The notes: generated by a model from the letters alone, not told the origin. A stretch of DNA of 63,809 nt, filler included, from Choristocarpus tenellus KU-1152 (GCA_964200185.2; 17 parts of 17 records of this genome joined end to end with filler, not necessarily neighbours in it); one strand, 5' to 3'. Counted from the first letter of the whole stretch, positions 26,179 to 39,059 are shown. Numbers and translations are program-made.

Positions 26179-27990
26179 GTAGGGTGGTAGGTCACGTGAC
26201 TATTGAATATGGAGGTGGTACTTGTTTTGGATTTGGACTGAGGGGTTGGGGGAAGGGATTCGGATGAGGAGAATATATACTCAATAATACAAAAGATGAG
26301 TAGCGTATGTTTCAACGCGGTCCAGATCGGAATGTATTTCTTCAAATATAACTCACCTTACATAGAATTTTCCAAGGAATCCAACGGAAAAATCCGTTTT
26401 GGAATCGGAGGTCATCCCGAATAGGTACATGCATAAAGTAACAGACTTATGGGACAGAGGGAGTATGTGTGTGTGTGTGTGTGTGTGTGTATTCATCGCC
26501 CTGCATCCATGTGTAGTGCAGGCTTCAATTCTTTTGCTCTGTTACGGAGCTGTGTGATGCTGTTATGTTGTTGTCCAGATCACCTCTACTATCACTTGCA
26601 AGATGTGCCACAGTGTGCATGCATTTTTTCTTCTGGAAATCGGTGGGCGACAATGAGCACCACTGCCCACTTAAACCACAACAGCTTTCTCATTTTCGGT
26701 CGGTTGCTAGTCTCAACTCCAACCACAACCTACTCCTGGTGTACTCCGGAACCTATCCCTAAACCTGACCCTAATCCCCGTCTTGGGTGCTTCCACGTAG
26801 TTTATTTGACTCTTTATTGTTTGTTGGTTGGTAAGGCATGTTATCCCTGCTTGGTGAGGATGCTGCGGTGATATATATATGTTATAATCTTGCTCTCGAA
26901 GAGCTACTCTTAGTGAAGCCACCAGTCATACTACACTAGGCATCAACACTTACATGCATGGCACCTGCCGTCGGCATCTAGATTTGTTGTTAGATCCTCA
27001 CCTCCAACAGAGTGGATATCATCATAATGCCCTTGGGGCAATGATGTTCGATGAGTAGGAATTTCATTAACTCACTTTGAAGTATTGTGAATATCTCACA
27101 AGATTGTAGGGATAATGGCATGGCAATCTGCGCGTGGAATGTGTTGTACGTGCTAGAACATAAATTCAACACTCTTTGATGAGTCAAAGTAACTGAGAGG
27201 CACCCAGGTTTTGGCCGTTTTGCATTTCAAGTCACGTTTTTAATCTATTGCAATTCACACATATTTTTATTATTTCTATGGATGAAGTGCTAGAGATTGA
27301 TTCAAGAGCATTGTTTTCTCTGTTGTTTGAAATCTTTCAACAGAATTAGAAATTCCGTACATGCACTACTTGTACAAAATGCCCAAATTTACCTGTGCTT
27401 GTGTCAACGTCGTTAAAATGTAACCCTGGATACCTCTCGCTTACTTTGACTCCCATGGTAATGTCAGCTTCACCTATTGACGCGAAGTATCTGGGGGGNN
27501 NNNNNNNNNNNNNNNNNNNNNNNNNNNNNNNNNNNNNNNNNNTTAATTAATTAANNNNNNNNNNNNNNNNNNNNNNNNNNNNNNNNNNNNNNNNNNNNTT
27601 TTTGTTCCCTATTTTGGATGGATAATGAAAGTGCCCTCTTCTGGTTTTGTCCAAATGGACACTCTGGTGTAGGCCCCCCCCCCCCCCCCAGATACTTTGG
27701 GTCTGAAGAAGCAAATGCGCTGAAATGAATTCATCTAGTTGCTGCAATCCTTCTACTATACCACATGTGGAACGGTCAGGCTGAGATTGAGAGGGGTTCG
27801 GAGAAAAAACAAACACCAACATGTACACTAATCAACATGTACACTAATGGGACCATATTTCAGTGAGCATACAACTGTTTTGTTGTTACCAGTAGTATCA
27901 AATATCTTTCTTAAAAAAAAACACTTGAAAATCAAGCATGCACAATTTAGAGCACTTTTCCTTGATCCCATCTACACCACCACCACCCAC

Positions 27991-30503
27991 CGTAGAAGTC
28001 TTTGCTGGGCCCTGGGGTTCCACAGCTATGCCACGGCCACCCAGGGATGCTGACACCCTGAAGAGGTCCTCCTCATTGTTAATAATGATAACAGCAGAGG
28101 CGTTCCTCCCTGCTAGATTTTTAGCCTTGATGGACCAAGACAGGGAGGGAGACCAAGCAGTGACCAAGCAGTTGAACTTTGGGATATGAATATTCCGACT
28201 TTCGAGTGCATGGGTGTTGGTGAAGTATCCCTACTACCAATACCTTCCCATGGCTGCAAACCTCAAGATGATTTACTTTTTGTGGAAGGATTCTCTGACA
28301 GTGAAAGCAGTTGTGTAGGTACTTCACTGACTTCTACTCCCAACTCAAAATCTGAAATGAGGGTTAGGGTTAGGACAATCGTAACCGAATATCTGAAAAC
28401 ATAGCCTAGTGCTGTGGTTGGGTGCATCAGAAGATATAGACTTCCAACCTCGCTATCATGGTCAAATTTCTGGAATTGTGAACCCAATCAACAGTGACGT
28501 ATGTAGCAAGTTGTGGATACTAGTAATGTCACATGGTACGACGAATGTGTGTTATTGAGACCTCTGACATGTTTACTAGTTACACTTCTGGTTGTATTGT
28601 GATAAAAAGAAAATATATATGTTTAGCTATTTGGTCATTCCAATTAAACTAACCATAGTCGATTGAACTTCCACAATTCAAAGTACTAGAAGTGTGCAAT
28701 CCTTGACGGACTGGAGCTGAAGAGTGGAGTGGGCAGGGGGTGTTTGGTGTGACCGACCTTGTCAATGAAGCTACAGTTCCCCCTCAGAGCTAGTGCAAAT
28801 TTCCCTGTCAGGTTCTCCCCACCCCCCAGCCTCTCAACACCACCACTGCCTAAGGCGTTGAGGTGTTGGAAAGGGAGGCAAGCATCCCTCGGCTCAGACC
28901 ACACAATGGGGGCATCATGCACAGGGACAGGGGGACCAAAGCTGGCAAGATAAAACTGTGACAAATGCGACCCATGGGAGGACGGAAGTAGGTGAGGTGG
29001 GAGAAAGGGACAGATGAGAGAGAGAGAGTGAGAAACGTTGATAGGGATCAAGGAATGAGATTTTCGGATGGTTGGGGGACTGATACACCATCATTTTCTA
29101 GGGCTGCGGGCTGCTACTCTGTTGGAAGAAGTTACTCACTCTGTACCTCTGCAGTTTTCTACCGTTGCAATAGTTGTACACTGGCTCAACTCCCTCAAAG
29201 CATCAACCACTGCAATTGCCCTAACTTATCGCCTAATTGGCGTTTTTTTCTGAGCTTTTCAAAGGGCGCATAGTCTTGAGCACACAGAGTGCAGATGTGA
29301 ATTCTATCTACACCATCTTCATGCATGAGATATTAAATACCTGTGTGCCATAGACACCCGAGAAGTCACTCATATTGGAAATTCTATTATTTGATGCGAA
29401 ACTTTGTTTCCTCTCTCTGATTTGATTGTCCATGGTATCTAGTACTCCTTCAACTAGCACCTGCTCTATTCTCTTGTCCAAATCTATGACTTACCACACA
29501 GGTTTGGAGTCAAAGTATCTTAGAGGGTAGAATCACGTCCATTTGGGGACCAAACTCCAATGTTGCGATTTTGATGTAATTTTGGCCATCATATTAATAA
29601 AAGGTAGGGTCGCGTCCAATTAGTACTCCTTCAACTAGCACCTGCTCTATTCTCTTGTCCAAATCTATGACTTACCACACAGGTTTGGAGCCAAAGTATC
29701 TTAGAGGGTAGGGTCGCGTCCAATTGTGGGTGAAAATCCAATGTTGTGATTTTGACGTAATTTTGGCTATCATGTTTGCTAGGAAGTGTCAATATCCGTG
29801 TTCCGGACACACCTTTCATAACGTATACATTTTACCCCCTCTGAACCATTTCGGAGTAGGAAAATGTCATAAAAAACCCCATGGGAAGTCAAGCCCCAAA
29901 TGGAAAAACAGAGCAAAACTCATACCCTCTAAGATACGTTTTCTCTATCCTTGTTCTAGACACACCTTTTCAGAACGTATACATTTACCTAGTCTGAAAC
30001 ATTTTGGAGTAGGAAAAAGTATTTAATAAAAACATGGGAAGCCAAGCCCCAAAAGGACAAACAGGGCAAAACCTGTATCCTCTAAGATACTTTCACTCTT
30101 GACAACCAAAGGGTGATAAGTCTCAAAATAGAGAAGCCTACACAATGCTTTGTCAAGTCTCATTAAATAGGTTAAGACGTCTCCCGATTGCTTGAAAAGA
30201 CAAACATAAGCACCTCTTGGAAATATATTCTATTTGAAAGCAGGGGTGGATATGTTCCTAGGTACTATGTGAAGATTTTGACAGTGGAAGAAAAAAATGA
30301 GAAGATTATGCACTGAAGCAAATGAGAATCAAGTTAGTTCTTACCTCAAAGCTGGACAGAGAGTCAGTCAGGAACAATCTTCCATAGGACAAGCTATTCC
30401 TCTTCTCCAGAAGAGGATGTAACCTAATGGCCGTAACCTCTCTTTCCACCTTCAATTGTTCTGCTCTTTGCTTGACTGCTTGAGTCTCCTCTGGGCTGAG
30501 ACC
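27991..30503 (-). CDS. PA (protease-associated) domain protein, three internal exons
   Basis: Exons 30503-30345, 28955-28758 and 28125-27991, all phase 0: ...SSFE|FYLASFGPPVP...SEPRDACLP...GKFALALRGNCSFIDK|AKNLAGRNASAVIIINNEEDLF; PA signature 'A.FG...P..AC...RG.C.F..K....A.AVII.N'. Confidence 0.85.
29441..30098. mobile_element. Composite MITE A locus with duplicated flank and internal duplication
   Basis: 66-bp flank plus MITE 5' end at 29441-29620 repeated from 29622; full element 29688-30098 has its 3' half twice; TTG TSD. Confidence 0.85.
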
Positions 30504-30531
30504 CTTTAGAGTTGAGATCAAAGTGGAGTTT

Positions 30532-30794
30532 GAGTGAAAGTATCTTAGAGGGTATGAGCTTTTCCCTGTCTGTTCATTTGGGGCTTGACTTCCCACGGGT
30601 TTTCAATGACATTTTTCCTACTCCAAAATATTTCGGAGTAGGCAAAATATTTATGTTATGAAAAGGTGTGTCCAAAACAAGGATATTGACACTTCCTAAC
30701 AAATATCGCAGCCAAAACTACATCAAAATTGCAGCATTGGATTTTGTCTCCCAAATGGAAGCGGCTCTACCCTAACCCTAAGATACTTTGACTT
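30532..30794. mobile_element. MITE subfamily A with an AACC insertion in one TIR
   Basis: gagtgaaagtatcttagagggta...taccctAACCctaagatactttgact. Confidence 0.9.
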
Positions 30795-31230
30795 TTGGGG
30801 TTTAGTGAGGTGCAGGTGTTGGAGTGGGTTGGGTTCAATGAAATAGATGCTATATCTGTTGTCTGGGTTCTGAACCGAATCTTGCATGGAGTGATTTGAT
30901 TCTTTTGTATTTCATGTCTTGAGTCTAATTAAAAATCAAGGAATGATATTACTGATTTCTACCAGGGTTGTAGCAAGAAACGTATTTTGAGAATGAACTG
31001 CTAGGGGCTGCTGTGGCTCTGATGGGTGGGATCAAAATGGTCAGGGGGTTCGGGGAGGGGNNNNNNNNNNNNNNNNNNNNNNNNNNNNNNNNNNNNNNNN
31101 NNNNTTAATTAATTAANNNNNNNNNNNNNNNNNNNNNNNNNNNNNNNNNNNNNNNNNNNNCCAAAAATCGCGACATACAAGAATTGAACCCAAATGGACA
31201 GCCGCCACCCCCTCCCAGATACTTTGATCC

Positions 31231-34200
31231 CTTCCAAGCAGGTAAGCAAGGTGCACTTCCTCCGATTGCTCAGAGAGGACAGGCCCAACATCCGGGTGAG
31301 GGTAGGAGGCGAGTTTTTGAAATGTGACATATGTGTCATGTTAAAAGAGAAGCAGCACAGTGCGCCTGGTGTAAAACCCACGAACGACTCCACCGTCCTC
31401 GAGTCCATCAATAAGGAGCTGTCAGACCATCGACAGGTAGGTGTCCAGCGTTAATTTTGCAACAAGGGCACAGTGACAACATGTCGCCGTCATTGCCCTC
31501 CGTTTTGAAGTAAATCTGTGTCCTTTTGCGAATGAAGACTCCCACGTAGGTGTTTATGGCAGCAGCAGTAGCCTCACTAACCGCAAAACTTGCTGTTATT
31601 AGCTGCCCAAACACCTTGTACGATAGATTGCTTCCTGGTCGTGTACAACGGACTGTGGGAGGGACAGGTCATGTAGCGGTCTTCCGGCCCAGTACGTGCG
31701 TACTTCCTTCCATCCCGATAACCCTGTGTTTGTCTTGAACGCAGCAATAAAAAACATATCCCAATACAAACATCTATTGTTACCCAGACTACATTTTTGT
31801 CACTAACTAACCTGATACGTGTTAACAAATGACATTTTTTTTTTAATTCTGAGCAGATTTATTTGATTAATTCACGTGATGTTGCTGTCCCCCATTCGCC
31901 AGATTATCCAAGCAGATCGGCTGGTCATCGCCAACAGCACCAGCAGCGCCATGCGGGCCAAAGCCGACGGCAAACCTCTCGGCTTTGTGTTCATGTCCGT
32001 AGACGCCGCGAACCAGACAGCACACGCCCTCCCAGCACTTTACCCACCTACCCACGGCGGTGACAGGTAACCACACGCACGCATAGTCCATCCAACAACA
32101 ACTTTGCAGCCACACGCGGAACAGAATAGACGACCATGTTTTATTCTACGAATGAGTGCAAAGTCCCAAGAAACAATCGCCAAACCAAACGCACATAATT
32201 CCACTACCTATTCCGTTTATCATGATGGCCTTTCTTTACAAGTTCCTTTCGTTCATGTCCCCCTTATCAGGGGCTACTCCGAGCGCCAGAAGATCATAGC
32301 CGCACACATCAAAGGGCTGTTCGCAGAGGTGTTCTTCACTCCTATCAATCTTGTAGGAGGTACGTATTGTGGGTCGTGGCGAACAATCACATGACCGAAT
32401 AGATGCTGGTTGCGCACGCACCACTTGATTTATCGTCGCGGCGAATGGACCTGCCGTAGGGTAAATCCGTAAGGACGAGTACATCCTTACACGATGTGCC
32501 TACAGATACCGCAGGCCTAGTGAACAGTCGATTAACTGATGATGCACTGTGCTCCCCTGTCCTCCTACGCCTCACCTTAGGGTTAGGGCGAGAGGAGCGT
32601 AAGAGCTAATCAACGGGTGGTGGAGATCGCAGACTTGTACATCAGCCGTATGGGTGTATGTCCTCTACATTGCATAAACACATTCCATTACCCCTCTTTT
32701 TAGCTCCAAATAAACAATGCGTAAGTGAGCAGAGTACGTTTTGCCAACAGTTGTTGAACATCATCGTTCGCGCAGGTTGTAACCTTGTCTGCACAGCCAC
32801 CCACCTTGCCCTCACAAGGCTTATCAACAAGTACCACAACAGCCTCGATCACGCGGGGAATTGCATCATCCAGCACACGCATTGGCAGGTAAGAAGGTTT
32901 CATCTTGACACGACCTACTCAACACATACTCGCTGAATACCAGTCACCAAGTAACTAACTGCACGGTCTTTAGTTTTGGTTTGTATGTTGCAACTTGCAT
33001 GTATGATGGCGGTGATGTAGAGATTGGGCTCTAGCAGTACTGGAAACCTACCCTGTACCTTCACGAAACGCGGCGAAATGGGCTGACATATCGGCCTCAC
33101 GCCTATCCCTCCCTCCCCCCAACTCCCCAAACTGGTCAGGTCGACAACTGCGTCTCAGAGAACAAGAACAATTTCTTTCTCGGATACGCGGGGCTGTTGG
33201 TTGCGGCAAGTGTCATTCGTGTGATCGAGATACATTTTATGATGGTGGGGCACACGCACATCAAAATCGATCAGATCTTCTCCAGGTAATTAGGCAAGAT
33301 ATGCAAATTCGATAGCCACATGGTGTTTTTATACGGACAGATACTGCCTCGAGGCTTGCAGCTCACGCTTGTTGCATTCCTGGAAGGTTTATGGTCGTAC
33401 ACTGTAATTGATCGATTGGCTTTTGATTTCCCCACAACAAAATTGAACGTTAAGAGCAGCTGCCAAAACTGTTTCCTAACCTACTGTACAAACAAAACAA
33501 TGACAAAAAATGTACGCATCACCCATTTTTATATCTATACTTCCATATACATGCATCGGAGCATGTGCCTGCATATATATCTTGCTTCTCCACTTCGCTT
33601 CTTTCGCCCCCGCCTCGAAATTAACTTGCTTGCATTTCACCTTCAGGTTCTCACGTGGTATAAAAGGCAAGAACATATTCACGAGAACACAGCTGGGTGA
33701 AGAGCTGCAGGCCTCTTACACGGAGGTTCCAGTATACTATAAGACCCTGCGGAACGAGGGCAACTTCAAGGGACTCCTTCGCGGTCGCGTCAACCGTGTC
33801 CCGAACATCACGCGCTACAGGACCTTTCGCATTGAAAAAGGCGGTGATGGGCGGGTGAAGGTTAGCGTAAAGCGATACAGCACAGCACAGAATGGAGTGG
33901 GATAGGCGGAGACCTTGCTATAGACCCCAACGCCCCTCCGCACGACCTCTTCATCGGCCACCTGCCTCGTATCTAAGATGCACCACCCTACCAGCTCAAG
34001 AGCATTCCCGAAGACGTCATCCTGAAGGTAGAGCAGCGGTACCAGGCGTCGCACGAGCGCCTCCCTGCTGCGTACCCACTGGGTAAGTCGATTTTTTCGT
34101 GAGGGGAGTTGATAGCTATTTTTGGTATTCGGTGGCAGCCAAAAAAATCCGGTGCAACTTTTGTACGAGGCAGCCTTTACGGCCTTCAGAAAAAAATCTT

Positions 34201-34776
34201 GAGAAATATTGCATTCTCATGTGTAGTGATCGTCGCATGTTACAATAAAAAGTACCATAGACTACTCCCCATACATGTTTTGAGGGCACCGGTCTTGTAC
34301 TCAACAGAGACGATTCCGACGAAATATACACCCTCCCTCTCACCGCATGCTCCTTGAGTGCATTCATGAAACCTCATGCCTGGTAACAAAGTAGCATTCA
34401 TGCATCCATACTGTTGATGTTCTCGTGCTCATGGATTCCACCTTCGCAGATGATGAAGCCGTTCAGAGAGCGAAACACGAGCAAAGCGAGTCTGTGCGAC
34501 TTCTCAAAAAGATAGGGGAACGAGATTTCGACCTCCCAGTCCATTGGCTTCCCACCAATGATGATGGCACTGGAACTAGTACCAGCGACGTCGAAGACAA
34601 CGACCAGGGCGAACGTTCGGGTGGGGGAGATAATCTCGTCAGCGGTTACAATGATCTCGGCGGGTTTGAGGAAACACAATCTTCCTCATCGGACAGTGAC
34701 AAGGAAGAACCTGGCTCCCGTCGACGGGGTTGGCCTCGTGCTACCTTGAGATCGGGGAACCATGGAAACCTCGTCT
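31231..34776 (+). pseudogene. Intron-containing Sola-like (DUF7869-type) DDD transposase, inactivated
   Basis: Exons 31231-31436, 31903-32066, 32271-32359, 32776-32888, 33140-33285, 33647-34082 and 34450-> join in phase: CxxC 'FLKCDICVML', 'MSVDAANQ', 'QVDNCVSENKN', 'FMMVGHTHIKIDQIFSR'. A 1-nt frameshift near 33878 and an in-frame TAA near 33974. Confidence 0.75.
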
Positions 34777-35278
34777 NNNNNNNNNNNNNNNNNNNNNNNN
34801 NNNNNNNNNNNNNNNNNNNNTTAATTAATTAANNNNNNNNNNNNNNNNNNNNNNNNNNNNNNNNNNNNNNNNNNNNGGGTGAAAAACGGACGCCGAAACC
34901 CCCCCCAAGATACTTTGATCCATATTTAACCACTCCTCGCCAGTGAATTCCTTTCTCTGTCAAAGTCTGCCGCTTGCTCACCTAGCAGGTTTGTTTGGTC
35001 TGCAATAAGGATGTTATGCCTCCATACATTATGTGCCCTTCAAGGTAGGTGCCCACTTGGTGCTCATTGCAGTAACCTGTCCATATCCAGTTTGTGGGTA
35101 ACACGTTGCCTCCCCTTTCACTATTGATTTACATACATATTTTACGTTTCTTTTTGTGGTATGCGATTATTGGTGCTTCGATTGATGAACCCAATGAGCT
35201 GTCTTTTTCCTGTAGGACCTTGACGATATCGGCGATGTCGATGGTGATCTGCCTCGGGTATTGATTTGGTAGTGGAGT

Positions 35279-35635
35279 TAGCTGTGTCTGCTTTTCTCTC
35301 CTGTCTATTCCCAGACACTCAAGTGGCTGGCTCCTACTACACCTGGGAACCTTTTATAGATAGGATTAGGATCGCTCAGACTAACGTTAAGAAAAGTACT
35401 AGCTTTGTCTGCTTTTCTCTCCTCTCTATTTCCAGACACTCGAGTGACTACTACTACACCTGGGAACCTTTTAAATATGGGATTAGGATCGCTCAGACTA
35501 ACGTTAAGAAAAGTACTAGCTGTGTCTGCTTTTCTCTCCTGTCTATTTCCAGACACTCGAGTGACTACTACTACACCTGGGAACCTTTTAAAGATGGGAT
35601 TAGGATCGCTCAGACTAACGTTAAGAAAAGTACTA
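35279..35635. repeat. Tandem repeat, 3 x about 117-121 bp
   Basis: Units start at 35279, 35400 and 35517; nearly identical over their whole length. Confidence 0.95.
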
Positions 35636-36479
35636 TAATGGTAGACCTGTAGCATTAAATTTCACTATTTAACTACGTATATACATGTGAAATCGTTCAT
35701 TGTGAGCGACCCACAATTGGTGGAGACCATCAAGACAAAACTTCGTCCAAACCGAGACTCGAACTCCAGTCCAACTTTTTTTTTGTACGATAGATTAGTA
35801 GTAAGATGTGGTTGAAGATGTAGAGCTATACCCCAGTTATCTGCGGACTTATCATACGCATATATATCAATGTCCGTTGACTTCGAATTGACAACAAGAA
35901 CGGTCAAAAGAGCAAGTTTTTGTAGGTTTTTCAAGTCATTTACTAAACTCCACTGACCTCAGTTCAGTCACACTCCATTGGATCTTTTGCAGTAATTATC
36001 TATGTACATTATAACACAGTAATTTCTTTTGTTCCCGAAACCCTAAATCTCCAGCTCTTGCGGTCTAAATGGCTCTTATAGTGCTCCATGGACCCAATGA
36101 TTCTTTTAAAGTTATATTATTTTATCTATTTTTGGCGCGTTCCATCTTGTAATAACAAGAACTCTCGAACTGATGTTATGTTAATTTGAGATTGCACAGG
36201 TACCAGCAAAAACGTGAGCACTTAGAGCGGTGAGTGAGAGCCCATATCGGAAAGAGACTGGACCGCCCAAAAACAGGGGTACACCTGGGGAAGGAGATTG
36301 ACTCGGTGGGGTGGAGGGTAAACTGTGGGTGATATCAGAGGTTTATTTGGTGTCCGTTGTGTGTGTGGACCATATATTGCGTCATATTGGGGCTGACTGG
36401 TGAACCCGAAAGCATCATTGTCAGATCCCGCCAAGGTGCAGATAATTCAACTACGACTTTCGGTGGTGACATTGGGGGG

Positions 36480-36880
36480 ATGGAGCTCTACCCGACGGAG
36501 GAGAGGGTGGAGCAACCCCTTAAGATCTTCGTCGGTCAGGTGGGCTAAGTTCCTGGTGGCCTAGGGGTCGCTGGTTGATTTTCGATCCATTCTGAGGATC
36601 CTCTCGTTTATAGAGTTGAGGCGGAAAATGCGGTCAAGGTTGGGAGAATCTCGAGTTGGGGTATGGCTATGTTCATCGTCGTCGATTACCTTAGTTTAGA
36701 TTCTCTCATACTTGAATTGTATTCCGCACTTGTGCTATGGCGCTATCAACATGATGATTTGGCGCATCCGACAGGTGCCCAAGGACATGGACGAGGAGCA
36801 GCTAAGGCCCCTGTTTGAACAGGCCGGACCGATCGCCCATATAATGGTAATTAGAGATCGCCAAACAGATGCCCACCGAG
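36480..36880 (+). CDS. CELF/Bruno (CUG-BP-like) RNA-binding protein, first two exons (RRM1)
   Basis: Exons 36480-36539 and 36775-36880: MELYPTEERVEQPLKIFVGQ|VPKDMDEEQLRPLFEQAGPIAHIMVIRDRQTDAHRG; 'K.FVGQVPK...E..L..LF' is the CELF RRM1 signature. Confidence 0.85.
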
Positions 36881-38699
36881 GTGAGGGTGTGTTCGCTAAC
36901 CCGTCGCCACGAGAGGGCCCTCACAACGGATGGGAGTAGTGCAAGTGCACCCGTTGAGTGGAGATTTGTGCCAACAACTTCTCCCATGGTACCTATATCA
37001 ACCTTACATGCTCTGTTATTGCCATGTGTCGCCGAGACGAATGGTTACCGGTCGTTACCACAAAGATACGGTTGACCAATATAGACACAACTAATGTAGA
37101 TAGCTCAACTCATGACACGGGGCGGTGAGGGAAATGCTTTTGTTTGGGCAGGGGGGTGCGATTGTCACGTGGAGTGTTGCCGACTGCTTTCTCATCCTCC
37201 ATTTCCAACCATTTGTAGATGGATCGAGACTGCCCTATGTGTTGCCTGTCATTGGCAAACTTTGTCGACTTATCTGTGACCTGGACGCATCATCGTCTGT
37301 GTCTCTCTTGGGTGCACACCAATGACCTCTAAAGCATCGTTGACCCCCTTTCTCTAAGGTGCACACCTCACCTCTTGCAACCCGTTATCTGACCATGGTG
37401 ACCATTGTGCTTTGCTGACAACTCTAGATTTGCTTACCTTTCTCTATACCATGATTTTCCTTCGCTGTGATCGTGATCGTCTAGGTTGTGCGTTTCTGAC
37501 CTACCACACGCGCTCGGCGGGGGAAAGGGCTGTGGAGAAGTTCCACAACAAATTGAAGCTCCCAAATGTGAGTCCATAAATTGTTCATTCCTTCTCCCTG
37601 CCCCTACCCCACTCCCAAACAGGGTTTGCGTTTCTGAGTTGACGAAATGTAAGAACAGCTGCAATGGACTAAAGTGCTCGACTCCCTTAACCTCAAGGAT
37701 ATCGACAATTGTTTTGAGGCAGCAAGGCATAGATAGATTTTGAACGGAAAGGGCATGACTTGCACAAAAGACATCCCCTCTGTCACCATACCCTCAACAA
37801 ATATTTTGTCTCAGAGCATGATTTTTGGGAGGGGTATGGGATGCACATTTCTCCACTTCTGTGGTGCAGTATAAAGGTCGTGGAACTGGGTGAGGTTGGA
37901 TGAAAGGCCTAAACGGCAGTTAAGCCCATTGCTGTCAATTCAAACAAGGCAGTCTTTTGCCTTTTCCACCCACCTATCCACCTATCCACTCACGTGCCCA
38001 CTTCTCCTTTTGTCCACCTTGTCTAGGGCTTGCAGCAGTGGCGAAGCTTTCAGACCATCGAGGGCTTCCCCTCCCTGTAGAGAACCACACCCCACTTGCA
38101 GTTCCGATGGTGCTGTAAATCTATTACCAATACACACACGCACACACACACATACATACATACATAATACGTACATGATACATACATGCTTACCACTCTT
38201 CATCTCTCTCTCTAGAGGAGTTTCTGCCTTCGCATTCTTGCTTTTTTTTTTTCCTGTGATCTTCCTGGGGGACGTCCTGTCGCCAACGATGATGATGATG
38301 ATGATGATGATGACGATGATGATGACGATAATGCCATGCTGTTGCTGTCTTGTCCGTTGATCTAGGCTCATAACCCTGTCCAAGTGAGGCCGGCAGATTC
38401 GCAGCTTGGAGACGATCGGTCCGGTACGTTCTAGGAGACACAGCAGAGACTACAAGAAAGATCACGTTACCCCAATGAAATTGTTTTATTATTGTGAAAT
38501 TTTTCTTTGGTTCGCGTTTGAGCCAATGGGATATGTTTTGTTCTGAAGTTTGCTACTCCGTAAATAGAAACGCTACGTTACTGTTAAAAAAAAGAAAAAT
38601 TGAGGGTGTGAGACGTATGTACTCAAATGTCAAGTTTTTGTATTTAAAAAGAAAACAACTTTGACTTACTTTTTTACTTTTTCTTTTGGACGTGTGTAA

Positions 38700-38739
<40 letters not shown>

Positions 38740-39059
38740 TTTTTGTTTGCGAGGATTTTGGTTTTTCCCTGTGGGCTGTCTGCAAGAGAGAGTAGGGGAG
38801 AGAGACCTTTGCACCGCCCCCCCCCCCTTCTATTTTTTTTTTTTGTTTTTTTATGAAATTTTTTCTTTTTTCTNNNNNNNNNNNNNNNNNNNNNNNNNNN
38901 NNNNNNNNNNNNNNNNNTTAATTAATTAANNNNNNNNNNNNNNNNNNNNNNNNNNNNNNNNNNNNNNNNNNNNGCTGAAAAACGGTAAGTCACAGAAGTC
39001 GTAACCCTAACCCTAGAGATAACACACCCACAACCAGAAAAAAAAAAAAAAAACTCCCG

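Noticed and set aside
35279-35635. CRISPR-like array
   Set aside because: Whole units are repeated with no unique spacers, there are no cas genes, and the context is eukaryotic.
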